From NCBI GenBank assembly GCA_045106735.1, contig JBGCEZ010000099.1, positions 1 through 59,695 of the forward strand: a DNA stretch of 59,695 nucleotides. The letters run 5' to 3'. Numbering within the stretch: the first letter of the stretch is position 1; every line of letters begins with the position of its first letter. The stretch is from Phycisphaerales bacterium. GTDB taxonomy: Bacteria; Planctomycetota; Phycisphaerae; Phycisphaerales; SM1A02. The translations under genes were made by a program, and so were the position numbers. Below are positions 8,431 to 18,449 of this stretch, in pieces. The notes under the pieces were generated by a model. It saw only the letters and a program-made list of their open reading frames with translations. It made no database searches and was not told the origin of the DNA.

Positions 8431-10401
8431 GTGCCACAGACGCTTGCCCGCATCACCCCCTTGATTACGGTTGACGAGCGCATCGTCTATCGCATGAAAG
8501 CGGTCGGTCCCGGCAGTGTTTCGCCGTCGGCCGACGGCCCCCACGCGGAAGTCGCCGGCCGCATCGACGGCGCCGTGACCGTGGCGGTGCCGCTTCACGC
8601 ACGCTCGCTCCCGCCATCGCCATCCAGTTCCGCGTCCGATGCTCCGCCCGGCTCGCCGTCCAAGTCGCCGTCCAAGTCGCCGGCGGAAGGACGCCGATCC
8701 CGGGCGACGGCCAAGGATGTGAGCGCCGAGCCGGGTTCGCTGGGCGATCTGGATGCTGATCCCGCGACCGGCGCCGCGCGCGATGGCGCACCTGTCCCCT
8801 CGCTCGGGCCCGTGGACCAGGCCGCCGTCCGCACGATCGCCCGCGCCGCAGCCGGACATCTGACGTTTGGGCAGCGTCTGGGACGGCTCGCTCGCGGGTT
8901 GGCTGGCGGGTTGGCCGGCGGGCCGGCCGGTCGCGACGGAACCGATCGGTCCGAGGCGTCCGACCTTCGGGTCGGGTGGATCGTGCCCCAGACCATTGGC
9001 ACCGGCAAAGCGAACGATCCGCGGCTCGCCGCGGCCGAAGCGATCGGGCTGGAAGGCACCGGTGCCGCTCCGATCGACGTTCGGGTGCCGGCGGGTGCGG
9101 GCGATGCCGCCGACAACACGGTGCTTCAGCGGGTGCGTTCGTGGACGGTCGAACGCTTCGATCCGCGGCAGCTCGAGATTTCCGTCCACACGTCCATCGT
9201 TCGGGGCCGGGTCGAGGCCGACGCCGAGACTCCCGCACGGGCGACGGGTTCGGTGGCCGGTCCGGCGAAAGGTTCGTCCGCGCCCGAAGCACCGCGCACG
9301 CGCGACGATCGGCTGTGCGTTGAGGTCCGGGTCGGCCGGCGCTCCGGCCCTGGCGATTCACGGAAGGCCGACCACGGCTGGGCCGTGACCCGGGTGGCCG
9401 TGGACTGGCCGTCCCGCCGGCATGATCCGGTTGGTACCGCACGTCTTCGGGTGGCCGGGCGCACCACGCCCTCGGCCGGTGAACCACCGCTGGGGTTGCT
9501 CAAGCAGGCGGCGAGCCGGTCCGACGAGCGCGCGGGGGCGCGGTCCGTCGTCTGGCGGCCGGAACCCAAGCGGCTGCGCCGGGATCCCTCCACTGGCATG
9601 GCCACGGCCACGATCATGCTGCCGCTCGACGCGTTCGGGGAGACGTTCGGGGAGACGTGCGGCGAGACGTTCGATGGGGCATTCGGCCATGCCTTCGACC
9701 AGACATCCAATGCGGCCGCCGCCCACGATCCGCCGGTCCCGCGCGTGGCGATGGAGCTTGTGCCGGTTGAGCTTGAGGATCGTTGCGTCAGCGGAGCGTC
9801 CTTCCGGGCCATCGATGCCGCCGGCCGGACGCTCCCCCGCAGCATCGTCCGTCACCGCAGCACCGTGGACATCGAGTTCGGGATCGACTTGCCGGCCGTG
9901 GCCCGCGATCGTCCGCTGCCGGTGCGCCGGCGGCTGTCGCTCGAGGGCCTCGTTCCCAGCGGCGACATGCTCGCCCGCATCGACCACGCCCTGGCCGGCG
10001 CCGGCATGCACCTGGACCACCGCGACGTGGTCGTCACCGGGGCCACGGGCCGGAAGCGCTCGCTGGCCAGCAACGCCCGCGAAGCCACCGCATCGGTCAT
10101 CGCCCGAGATGCGTTCCGGCACTTGGCACCGTGCGAGCGACTGAGTGTCGTCGGCCAAGGCATGTGGACGGTCGCCGACTTCACGACGCGCGACGTGCGC
10201 GTGGAAGTCATCGTCGAGGCCGCGAATTCGGCCCCCGTGCGGTCCGCCGCCCCGGTCGCCGATCGCACCGCGCCGCTGCAGCGGCTGGCCGTCGTTCTGG
10301 AAGCCCGTCATCCCGATCCCGAAGCCACCGGCCGGGCGCTCGAAGCGATCATCGAGACGGTGCACGATCGACTGGCCGGCACCGCGGGCGGCACGTCATG
10401 A
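8431..10401 (+). CDS. Hypothetical protein (656 aa), first gene of a coupled three-gene unit
   Basis: Long clean ORF with a GTG start. Stop overlaps the next ATG (ATGA at 10398-10401). No recognisable domain. Confidence 0.55.
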   Translation: MPQTLARITPLITVDERIVYRMKAVGPGSVSPSADGPHAEVAGRIDGAVTVAVPLHARSLPPSPSSSASDAPPGSPSKSPSKSPAEGRRSRATAKDVSAEPGSLGDLDADPATGAARDGAPVPSLGPVDQAAVRTIARAAAGHLTFGQRLGRLARGLAGGLAGGPAGRDGTDRSEASDLRVGWIVPQTIGTGKANDPRLAAAEAIGLEGTGAAPIDVRVPAGAGDAADNTVLQRVRSWTVERFDPRQLEISVHTSIVRGRVEADAETPARATGSVAGPAKGSSAPEAPRTRDDRLCVEVRVGRRSGPGDSRKADHGWAVTRVAVDWPSRRHDPVGTARLRVAGRTTPSAGEPPLGLLKQAASRSDERAGARSVVWRPEPKRLRRDPSTGMATATIMLPLDAFGETFGETCGETFDGAFGHAFDQTSNAAAAHDPPVPRVAMELVPVELEDRCVSGASFRAIDAAGRTLPRSIVRHRSTVDIEFGIDLPAVARDRPLPVRRRLSLEGLVPSGDMLARIDHALAGAGMHLDHRDVVVTGATGRKRSLASNAREATASVIARDAFRHLAPCERLSVVGQGMWTVADFTTRDVRVEVIVEAANSAPVRSAAPVADRTAPLQRLAVVLEARHPDPEATGRALEAIIETVHDRLAGTAGGTS

Positions 10402-12827
10402 GCCGGCCTGGATCCACGCCGTCGGCCGCGGCCACCTACGTCGCCCATCCGCAGTTGGACGGGCTGCGACGTTCGTCGCTCAGTGGGCGGCCGTTGGCGC
10501 CCGAGGACGTCGTCGTCTGCCACCACACCGGAGGACTGCTGGGACAAGATGAAGCAGCGCCGGGCGACGACACGCTTGAGTTCGTGCCGCCGATTGAACG
10601 CACCTCCGTGATGCGGCTGGCCCTGGGACGGGGCCGGGGAGCTGGCCAGAACGGGGGACTCCACGCCGGCCAGCCCGCCAGCCAGCCCGGTGGCCAGCCC
10701 ATCAGCCAGACTGGCGGCCAGAACGCCGAGGCGATTCCGACGGGGCTCCACCATCCGGAGCAGTTGCACGATGCCAGTGTGCCGCTGCGGCCACTGACGG
10801 TGGGCGCGGGATTGCTCGCGCTCAGCGGTGCGGCCAGGTTCGCCGCCGCCCGATGGCTCGACGGCTCCAGCGACGATGCGGTTCGGGCGATGCTTTCGGT
10901 CGCCGACGCCGCGAGCCCGGGGCTGGCCATCGTCGGACTGGCCTGCATCGGCGGGTCCATCCTGCGGCACGTCGCCGGCCGGTGGCCGGAGCGCGCGGTC
11001 GCCGCCATGCCGCCCTTTCTCCCGGCCGCGATCGACGTCAACCTGGACGAAGACATCCGCGTGAGCTTTGACTTTGACGCCGGGGCGGCCACGCCACGCA
11101 TCACCGCGCACGCCCTGAAAATGAGCGTCGGCGCGACGCCCGACCGGCTGGTGGGGCGCAGCGTCTCGGCCTGGTTCGGGGGTGGGACGCGCGGTGCGGC
11201 CCGGGCGGATGCGGCGGTGTGGGATGCGGGCTACTTGGTGGTTGATGGCCCGCCCCCGGGTCGTTTGCTGGCGGGTTGGGATCTGAAGCCGGCCCATGGC
11301 ATGCGCTTGCTGGTGACGCCGCCGGCCCGCACCCTGTCGGCCGGAACGTCCTCTTCGGCAACGGGACGTCCCAGCGTCGACCGGTTCAACGGAGCATTGC
11401 GGGTGGCCATCGGGCCGGTGCTCGGGTGCGACGTGGCCCTTGGCCGAGCGACTGGGTCGACCCGTGAAGGCGGTCGGGCGGCCGGCGCGGGAATGGGACG
11501 GGCATCGAGCGCCGTTGCGGACTCCGGTGATACGACAGCCCTCGCAACGGCCGAGCGCCAGGCCGCGGGCGCCGCCAGCGATTCGAGCCATGGGGTGACC
11601 AGCCCAGTTGCCGGCCCCGGATCCCCCGCGCCCGCCAAGGTGTCCGGGCCGCCGCTGACGATCACCATGAGCCGCGATCCCGACGACCCGTTGACCATCG
11701 AGTTCACGGTCCGCATGAGCGGCTTGGCCGGAACCGCCGACCGAGCCGCGTCGGGCACTGGCGTGGCTCCGCAGACCGCCGGGACGTTCCGGGTCGACAT
11801 CGGTGGAGCCCACGTCCACGACGTATCCGATGATGGCCGCCGGACCAACGTCTCGGGAACCGCGACCCGGGTGACGTGGACGCTGCCGACAGGATCGGGC
11901 CCGGCGCGCTGGAGCCGGCGCATCACCCTGGCTGCGCCGCCACGCGGGACGCCGGCCCACGTGGTGACGCTGGATGGTCGCGCCCAACTCAGTACCACCG
12001 GAGCGCTCGCCTGTGGATGGGCGAGCAAGCCCGGGGCGATCACGCTGGTGCGACCTGATGGTCGCCGGCGTTCGGCCGCGGGTGAAGTGCGAATCAAACG
12101 AACCTCGCGCGTGGTGGCGAACATCAGTGCACGAGTCGGCGACCTGACGCCCACCGCGGCCACATCGGCCCGGCGGCTGGATGGTCCCCGTGGCAGTTTG
12201 CCGGGGCCGACCGCAGCGACGATCGAACGCGCCGTCGAACGGGAGATGGGCCGCGATGCCGCGAACGCGGAAGCGGCGCCCCACTGGGTGTGTTTGGTCG
12301 ATCGTGGCGTGACCGCACGCACCGGTCGGTCGAGTGATCCGCTGGCCGTCCGCCAAGTGGACCTGCAGTTCCGCGTGTACAGCCGGCATATTCAGAGTGC
12401 GCCGGCGGATTTGATCGTCATGGTCGCGGCCAACGGCCGAACCGCCGTGCCGCGCGTCGTGGTCACGGTGGATCCGCAGCTTCGGCGCGGTGCGGTTCAA
12501 CCGTCGCCGGCCCTGTGTGCCTCGATCGAACGGTTGGTTTCGATCATCGAGTCGAGTATCCAGCGAGCGGGATCCGTCGACCCGGCCCAGGCACGGTTCA
12601 ATCGTCAGCTCACCGAACTTGAGGTGCTGACCGGCGAAGTCACGAGCGATCCGGCCGAACGGCAGCGACTGCTCGACTCGATCGCCGCGATTCGCGGCCG
12701 AACGGACGCGGCGGTTCCGCTGGACGCGAGCGCAGGGCGCGCAGCGGATGCAGCTGGTTCCGCCGATGCCACCGATGCCTCCGATGCATCAGGCTCAGCC
12801 GACGCGAAACGGGAGTCCACTCCATGA
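10398..12827 (+). CDS. Hypothetical protein (~809 aa), second gene of the coupled unit
   Basis: ATG at 10398 overlaps the upstream stop. The ORF extends upstream in frame, but ATGA coupling is the parsimonious start. Stop overlaps the next ATG (12824). No recognisable domain. Confidence 0.55.
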   Translation: MSRPGSTPSAAATYVAHPQLDGLRRSSLSGRPLAPEDVVVCHHTGGLLGQDEAAPGDDTLEFVPPIERTSVMRLALGRGRGAGQNGGLHAGQPASQPGGQPISQTGGQNAEAIPTGLHHPEQLHDASVPLRPLTVGAGLLALSGAARFAAARWLDGSSDDAVRAMLSVADAASPGLAIVGLACIGGSILRHVAGRWPERAVAAMPPFLPAAIDVNLDEDIRVSFDFDAGAATPRITAHALKMSVGATPDRLVGRSVSAWFGGGTRGAARADAAVWDAGYLVVDGPPPGRLLAGWDLKPAHGMRLLVTPPARTLSAGTSSSATGRPSVDRFNGALRVAIGPVLGCDVALGRATGSTREGGRAAGAGMGRASSAVADSGDTTALATAERQAAGAASDSSHGVTSPVAGPGSPAPAKVSGPPLTITMSRDPDDPLTIEFTVRMSGLAGTADRAASGTGVAPQTAGTFRVDIGGAHVHDVSDDGRRTNVSGTATRVTWTLPTGSGPARWSRRITLAAPPRGTPAHVVTLDGRAQLSTTGALACGWASKPGAITLVRPDGRRRSAAGEVRIKRTSRVVANISARVGDLTPTAATSARRLDGPRGSLPGPTAATIERAVEREMGRDAANAEAAPHWVCLVDRGVTARTGRSSDPLAVRQVDLQFRVYSRHIQSAPADLIVMVAANGRTAVPRVVVTVDPQLRRGAVQPSPALCASIERLVSIIESSIQRAGSVDPAQARFNRQLTELEVLTGEVTSDPAERQRLLDSIAAIRGRTDAAVPLDASAGRAADAAGSADATDASDASGSADAKRESTP

Positions 12828-13678
12828 GCGGCGTCGGACTCGAACCGGTTCGCCGGTGCCATCGTTGCGGAGAAGCAGTGCAGCCGCGGCCTCGTGCGTC
12901 CGCGCGGTCGCGCTGGCGCAGCACACGTCGACTGCGCCAGCAAGCGCGGACCCCCTCCTCGCCGATGTTTGCCGTGCGCGATGCCGGGCTGCGCCGAGTG
13001 GAAGTACGCGATGGTGAACCCTTGGGCTGGTCGCAGGTCATCCGCATGCTTGCGGCGGCGGCCGTCGGGATCTGGCTGCTGACCGTGGTCTGGTCCGGTG
13101 TGCGCGAGGCGCAGGCGAATGCGGACGACGCGGCGCGGCCGCAATCAGCCGCCTGGCCCGCGGTGGCGGCGGCCGAAGACGCCGAGGCGGCCGCGCGGCG
13201 GGCAGCGGAGTCCAATGCCGGACGTCCGCGGACCGGCCCGACGATGCGGGACGAGTTTGCGGTCCGGATGGACGTGGCCCAGCGGGCGGCCACGCCGTAC
13301 TTGGCGACCGGGGCACGATCGCTCGATCGAATGGCATCCCACCGTGCCGGGTTTGGCCTGTTGGCCGCGGCGGCAGTCTTCCTCGGCGTGCTGGCCGGCC
13401 GGCCGATCGCCGGGGGCCGCGATCGCCGGGCGCTCACCCGGGCGCTCGCCGCCCAACGCGTGCGCCGTGTGCCGATTCGGGTGCCGACATGCGGAACGTG
13501 TGCTGCGTCTCGGCACGCGTGGCCGGCCCCGGGAGCCGGTTTGCCCGGCGTGGTGCGGGTGGTGCCTCTGGATCCGCGAACCTTGGACGCACCGGCGGAG
13601 TATGCCGGCGGAGCGTTGCAAAAGCGCGGGAATCGCGCGGCAATCGACCCCGTTGCGACCGACGGGGGCGGCGGGTGA
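12824..13678 (+). CDS. Hypothetical membrane protein with split CxxC pairs (zinc-ribbon-like), third gene of the coupled unit
   Basis: N-terminal RCHRCGEAV, two predicted TM segments, C-terminal VPTCGTCAAS. Start overlaps the upstream stop (ATGA). Confidence 0.45.
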   Translation: MSGVGLEPVRRCHRCGEAVQPRPRASARSRWRSTRRLRQQARTPSSPMFAVRDAGLRRVEVRDGEPLGWSQVIRMLAAAAVGIWLLTVVWSGVREAQANADDAARPQSAAWPAVAAAEDAEAAARRAAESNAGRPRTGPTMRDEFAVRMDVAQRAATPYLATGARSLDRMASHRAGFGLLAAAAVFLGVLAGRPIAGGRDRRALTRALAAQRVRRVPIRVPTCGTCAASRHAWPAPGAGLPGVVRVVPLDPRTLDAPAEYAGGALQKRGNRAAIDPVATDGGGG

Positions 13679-13739
13679 CTGACACCCAGTTGTCAGTCGT
13701 CTTCGGCGCGGGAAGCGGGGCCGACGTAGGCTCACGGCC

Positions 13740-15524
13740 ATGTCCGCAGCGGTCTCTCCATTCATGATTGCGTCGGCCGAACTGTGCCCCGGTTGGGCAT
13801 CCAGTTGGCCGACGGTCCTCGCCCCGGATACGGGGATTGTTCCGGTCGCCGCGCTGGCGGCCGGCGCGACAATGGACCCGGCCGTGGGATGGGCGTTGGT
13901 CGCATTGGGCGGGGCCATCGTCGGGGGCGTGATGGCGGGCGTGCTTGTGGCCGCTTCGGCGCGGGCGCGGCGGGCCGCCGACTGCAGCCAACTTGAGGTC
14001 CGGGTGGCCGAGGCGGAAGCGGCGGCGGCGGCGGCCAGTGATCGTTTGGCGCGGGCGGAATCAACGTCGGCCGACGCAATCGCGGCGTATCGGTCGCAGA
14101 CGACGGACTTGGAACGGGCGTTGTCCGAACGTCGCCAGGAGGCCGAATCGGCGACCCGCGACCTGGTCCGCGCGGAAGAGGAATTGACGCATCGCCGGGA
14201 GCGAGAAGCTGAGTTGTTGGCCGATCGCGCGCGGGAGCACGAACTCCGCGAGTCGGTCGTCCGGCAGGCCGAAGAGCGGTTGGCCGCGACATTCGGGGCG
14301 ACGGGGCGCGCCGCGCTGGAAGCAAACAACCGGCAGTTTCTGGAACTGGCTCGGTCGGCCTTTGAACAGCTTGCCGGCGAAGCCCGGGGCGATGTGGCGC
14401 GCCGGGCTCAGGCCGTCGACGAGATGATTCGACCGGTCCGCGAGCTCCTGGAGCAGCAGCGCACGGCGGTGGCCGAGCTCGAACAGAAACGCGAAGCGGC
14501 GTATGCGTCGATGACCACACAGATGCGGCAGATTGCCGATGCCCATACGCGGCTCGGGGCGGAGACCGGCCGATTGGTGACCGCCCTTCGCCGGCCCGAA
14601 CAGCGCGGCCGATGGGGCGAAATGCAGCTTCGCAATGCCGTCGAACTCGCCGGCATGGTGGAGCACTGCGATTTTTCCGAGCAGCCGGCCACGGACGACC
14701 AGGACACGCGCGATCGACCCGACATGATCGTCCGGTTGCCCGGGGACGGCGTGATCGTGGTGGATGCGAAGGTCGCTCTGGACGCGTACTTGGACGCGAT
14801 CGAGCCGGATGCCGACCGAGCCGCGTGCCTGGAGCGACACGCCCAGCAAGTCGAGGCCCACTGGCGGCGGTTGGCCAGCAAGGCCTACTGGAAGCAGTTT
14901 GAGCGCACCCCGCAGATGGTGGTGATGTTCATGCCGCTGGAGTCAGCCCTGGTGGCGGCCCTGGAGCGGCGGCCCGACTTGCACGCCGACGCCATGAACG
15001 CCCACGTGCTGATCGCCACGCCCACGCTGCTCATCGCCCTGCTTCGGGCCGCCGGCCATGGCTGGCAGCACGAGGCCCTGGCCCACAACACGCGCGAGGT
15101 CGCGGCGACTGGCCGCAAGCTCTACGAGCGGCTCGGAACCTTCGCCGGTCATCTGGGCCGCGTCGGCGAGCGACTGCGCACGGCGACCGAGGCCTACAAC
15201 CGAAGTGTCGGCTCGCTCGAACGGAGCATCGTGCCCGCCGCCCGGCAGCTCAAGGACTTGTCCGTCGTGGGGCCACAGGAAGCGGATCTGCCCGGCCCGC
15301 CGTTGGTCGACGTCGAACCGCGCCGCATCGTGGCCGCGGAACTGACCACAGATCTGGCCGCAGATCTGGCCGCAGATCTGACCGCAGATCTGACCGCAGA
15401 ACTGACCGCGGAACCGGCCACAGATCTGGCCGTGGACGCGGGGGTTGATGCGGCGGTGGACGCGGTCGGGGACGTGGCGCTGGCGGACGACGACGCGGCC
15501 GAGCGCTCGCCCGCGCCCGAGTAA
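13740..15524 (+). CDS. rmuC: DNA recombination protein RmuC with a repeat-encoded C-terminal acidic tail
   Basis: N-terminal TM segment, long coiled-coil, and the conserved RmuC C-terminal block (RGRWGEMQLRNAVELAGM...DMIVRLPGDGVIVVDAKV). The tail (AELTTDLAADLAADLTADLTAELTAE) is encoded by 12-nt tandem repeats (~15345-15420). Confidence 0.8.
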   Translation: MSAAVSPFMIASAELCPGWASSWPTVLAPDTGIVPVAALAAGATMDPAVGWALVALGGAIVGGVMAGVLVAASARARRAADCSQLEVRVAEAEAAAAAASDRLARAESTSADAIAAYRSQTTDLERALSERRQEAESATRDLVRAEEELTHRREREAELLADRAREHELRESVVRQAEERLAATFGATGRAALEANNRQFLELARSAFEQLAGEARGDVARRAQAVDEMIRPVRELLEQQRTAVAELEQKREAAYASMTTQMRQIADAHTRLGAETGRLVTALRRPEQRGRWGEMQLRNAVELAGMVEHCDFSEQPATDDQDTRDRPDMIVRLPGDGVIVVDAKVALDAYLDAIEPDADRAACLERHAQQVEAHWRRLASKAYWKQFERTPQMVVMFMPLESALVAALERRPDLHADAMNAHVLIATPTLLIALLRAAGHGWQHEALAHNTREVAATGRKLYERLGTFAGHLGRVGERLRTATEAYNRSVGSLERSIVPAARQLKDLSVVGPQEADLPGPPLVDVEPRRIVAAELTTDLAADLAADLTADLTAELTAEPATDLAVDAGVDAAVDAVGDVALADDDAAERSPAPE

Positions 15525-15647
15525 GCCGCGTCTCCGAGGCCGGGATGTGGCCCGCGTCGATCGTGGCGTCCCGCTTCGTTGGCCGGCCCAGCTGGCTCGC
15601 TGGGCCACCCGTCCCGTTCGGCCGCGTTCTCCATCGGCGTTGGCCGA

Positions 15648-15727
15648 TCATCCGCGTGCCAGTCCGCGTGCCCATCCGCGTGCCGGTCCGCCTGCCAGTC
15701 CGCGTGCCCATGCTCATCCGCGTGCCC
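15648..15727. repeat. Intergenic 12-nt tandem repeat (~6 units, consensus NNTCCGCGTGCC)
   Basis: Direct reading gives atccgcgtgcc/agtccgcgtgcc/catccgcgtgcc/ggtccgcctgcc/agtccgcgtgcc... between rmuC and the downstream beta-barrel gene. Confidence 0.6.
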
Positions 15728-15940
15728 TCAACTGGTGCATCCAATCGCCCCCGATCGGCGATCAATCGGTACCGTTGCCCGAAGTTGGTGACTCGGATGT
15801 GGCGCGCCCACGGCACGCCGCGTTCGGTGGTTTTGCCCCGTGCCTTGAGCGGCCTTCCGTGGCCTTCCCCGGCCCGTGCCCACGACTCGTCCCTCGCCCT
15901 GCCGCCCCGCCCAACCCGCGGGCGAACTTGGAGTTCCGAC

Positions 15941-16924
15941 ATGACGTTCCGACGCAACGTTTCCCGCCCCGGCGGTTCGGCCATTGGTGTGACGGCCGGT
16001 CAATCCACCGGCGTGGCCGCTGGCCTGGCCGCGGCGTTCGCGGTCGGGCTTGCCGCCCCCGCGCTGGGACAAGAAGGCGGCCCGCCGTCGGGCGTCACCG
16101 GCGAGTCGGAGTCCGGCGGCCTCTCGTTCACGTTCAACGCGGCCGCGAGCACGTTTCTGGATGCGGATCTCGGGCCCGGTGAAGTGGGCCGGAGCTTCTT
16201 CGACTCGGGGCTCGCGGTCACGTTTTCCCCGTCGGATCGCTGGCGGCTGACCGTCGACCTGAGCGGGAGCTGGGGCGAGTACGACTTCAGCCGCCAGACC
16301 TTCGCCGGGGCTGGCACCGACGATCTGGTGACCGACGTGTACGAGGCGGGCATCGGGCTGCGGGCGTTGCACTTTGTGTCCCGCGACTTTGGCTGGGTCT
16401 TCGGCGCGTCGGTCCGAAGCTCCGGCGATCCGGACATTGACTTTGACGACGGGCTCGTCGGCAGCGGCTTTGTGGCCGCCCGCTGGCAGCGAAGCCGTGA
16501 ATTTGCCTGGTCGCTGGGCGTTTTGGTTAGCAGCCAGCTCGAAGACGACGTTCGGGTCATTCCGTTCATCGGCGTGGACTGGGACATCAACGATCGGCTC
16601 AGCCTGAATTCGTCTGGGCCCGGCGCCCGGCTGGGCTACGAAGTCTCCGAAGACGTCACCGCGTTCTTGGGCTTCAACTTCGACTCTGGCGACTACCGTC
16701 TGGCCGACGATTCGCCGGTGGCCGGCGGCGTCCTGCGCGACGATCGGCTGGCCGTCGAGCTCGGCCTGCGTTTTCAGCCGAATGCGGGCACCACGATCGA
16801 GCTCGCCGCCGGCGTCCTGGCCTACAACGACATTGAGGTTCTGGATGCCGACGGCATCGAGGTCTTTCAGGACGAAGCGGATCCGTCGGCGATGTTCCGC
16901 CTGAGCCTTTCCGTCGACTTCTGA
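15941..16924 (+). CDS. Putative outer-membrane beta-barrel protein (signal peptide; C-terminal ...LSLSVDF)
   Basis: The N-terminal hydrophobic region (AAGLAAAFAVGLAAPALGQ) is signal-like. Composition is amphipathic beta-strand-like. Terminal aromatic residue is typical of OMP barrels. Start chosen at MTFRRN (ATG 15941); the ORF extends upstream. Confidence 0.5.
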   Translation: MTFRRNVSRPGGSAIGVTAGQSTGVAAGLAAAFAVGLAAPALGQEGGPPSGVTGESESGGLSFTFNAAASTFLDADLGPGEVGRSFFDSGLAVTFSPSDRWRLTVDLSGSWGEYDFSRQTFAGAGTDDLVTDVYEAGIGLRALHFVSRDFGWVFGASVRSSGDPDIDFDDGLVGSGFVAARWQRSREFAWSLGVLVSSQLEDDVRVIPFIGVDWDINDRLSLNSSGPGARLGYEVSEDVTAFLGFNFDSGDYRLADDSPVAGGVLRDDRLAVELGLRFQPNAGTTIELAAGVLAYNDIEVLDADGIEVFQDEADPSAMFRLSLSVDF

Positions 16925-17061
16925 TTCGGGTGATCGGGTGATCGGATGACGATCCGCGCCTCCCCCTCCGCGCTGGTGCCTCGCCCGAGCCTCCGCTCAG
17001 CTCCTGACCCAGTCCCGCTCCCGCTCCCGCCCTCGCCTTCCCCCCGCTCCGAGCCCGCTCC

Positions 17062-17658
17062 ATGCCCACCGTTGCCGTCGTCTACCACAGTGCATTCGGA
17101 CACACCGAGGTGATTGCCAAGGCGGTGGCCGAGGGGGCGGGATCCGTCGACGGCGTCACGGCCCGGCTCTACACCTGCGACGAAGCGATCGCGGCCCTGG
17201 GTGAACTCGATGCGGTCGAGGCGATGGTCTTTGGCTGTCCGACGTACATGGGCGGGCCGTCGGCCGACTTCAAGCGCTTCATCGACGCCAGCGGCTCGCG
17301 CTGGGGTGAGCATGTCTGGCGGGACAAGCTGGCCGGCGGGTTCACCAACAGCGGCAGCTACAGCGGGGACAAGCTCGCGACGCTCCAGGCCTTCAGCGTC
17401 TACGCGGCCCAGCAGGGCATGGTCTGGGTCGGGCAGGTCGAGATGCCGGCCGGCGACGCGGGCGGCAACCACGGGGCCGCGCCCGAAGCCATCAACCGCA
17501 TGGGCAGCTTCCTGGGCGTGATGGCCCAGTCCGACAGCGTGGCCCCCGAGATCAGCCCGCCCAGCGGCGACCGCGAAACGGCCCGTCGCTTCGGGCGGCG
17601 GATGGCCCTGGCCGCCATTCGTTGGGGCGGCGGGCGACTGGCGGCCGACGAAATCTGA
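17062..17658 (+). CDS. Flavodoxin-like fold NAD(P)H:quinone oxidoreductase (WrbA/NQO-type)
   Basis: MPTVAVVYHSAFGHTEVIAKAVAEGA...AMVFGCPTYMGGPSADFKRFID follows the WrbA-family arrangement. Clean ATG start. Confidence 0.7.
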   Translation: MPTVAVVYHSAFGHTEVIAKAVAEGAGSVDGVTARLYTCDEAIAALGELDAVEAMVFGCPTYMGGPSADFKRFIDASGSRWGEHVWRDKLAGGFTNSGSYSGDKLATLQAFSVYAAQQGMVWVGQVEMPAGDAGGNHGAAPEAINRMGSFLGVMAQSDSVAPEISPPSGDRETARRFGRRMALAAIRWGGGRLAADEI

Positions 17659-17747
17659 TCCTCTCGTATCAATGACGATCTGAGGAGATCGGACGCCGGC
17701 TCGGCTCCAAACGTCGCCCGGCCTCGAATCCAACGAAAATCGACCCT

Positions 17748-17772
17748 GGCGCCGCGTGAGCGGCGTTTTTTC
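17748..17772 (+). terminator. Rho-independent terminator downstream of the WrbA-type gene
   Basis: GC hairpin ggcgccgc-gtga-gcggcg followed directly by TTTTTT (17766-17771), read directly from the sequence. Confidence 0.6.
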
Positions 17773-18064
17773 GTGGTCCGGCCAGTTCTGGCACGGCCGT
17801 TGTTTTCCTGTTGGGAGCATCGAGATCGGCTCGATGGTCCGGACCCGGGTGACGCGGCGCTCCCACCGCCCTCTCCGGGTCCGGATCCGGTTTAGGCATC
17901 GGTTCAGGTTCGCAGGCCACGGTGGCCGGCGGGCGCCAGCGGCGTCCGTCGCCTGAGGGTTCGACTCCCTCTGCGTTCGTTCATCGCGCGGCGTCTTCCG
18001 GCGACGCGGCAGGCCTCTGGCGTGTCCGTGTCTCGCGAAACGGGTTCAGACAACGTGGCGCGAT

Positions 18065-18152
18065 GAAGTGGTAGCTCACTTGGTTCGAGCGCTGGATTTC
18101 ACCCAGAGGTCGCCGGTTCGATCCCGGCTCACACGGCAAAGGAGTCACTTCC
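18065..18152 (+). tRNA. tRNA-like gene, possibly a degenerate or pseudo tRNA-Glu(UUC): canonical D-arm, anticodon loop and T-arm present, but the acceptor 3' strand is displaced by a 16-nt insertion
   Basis: gaagtgg-ta-GCTC-acttggttc-GAGC (D-arm). gctgg-ATTTCAC-ccaga (anticodon loop with U33, A37, anticodon TTC). gccgg-TTCGATC-ccggc (T-arm). The only 3' strand pairing with gaagtgg is tcacttc at 18145-18151, separated from the T-stem by acggcaaaggag. Nucleotide 26 is also missing. Not confirmed by any program. Confidence 0.3.
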
Positions 18153-18449
18153 TTGGGGTTCGACTCCCCCCCTTGCCCTGGATTGGGCAGCCCAAGATGC
18201 GGGCCGGTGGCCCGTGTGACGTCGGCATCGCCGCGTTCGGAACGGTCGGAAGGCACCACGTGTGTCTCCGGCGGCTCCGAGCGCACCGGTCCGGCCGCCA
18301 GCGATTCGGTGGACACCGGATCGGTCGATCTCCGGAGCGAAGCTTCGGCGAGCGGAAACGCACCTTCCACCGCCCGGGGGCGGGAACGGGAGGCTGCCGA
18401 TCCGCCGCCGAACGCCAAGCACCGGCCGATCCGCCGGTTCGATCCCGGA
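18112..18449 (+). repeat. Direct repeat of a 17-nt tRNA T-arm-like segment (cgccggttcgatcccgg) at 18111-18127 and 18432-18448. Additional T-arm-like hairpins sit at 17955-17971 (gagggttcgactccctc) and 18154-18170 (ggggttcgactcccc).
   Basis: Exact string match read directly. Both copies are followed by a similar ggcaa(a)ggag motif. All lie in a ~0.8-kb ORF-free region between the terminator and the SPFH gene. Confidence 0.6.

Noticed and set aside
18112-18449. Integrated mobile element bounded by the 17-nt tRNA-end direct repeats
   Set aside because: The repeats are only 321 bp apart with no integrase or other cargo between them, so an intact element is excluded. A scar or remnant remains possible and is kept as a hypothesis in the findings.
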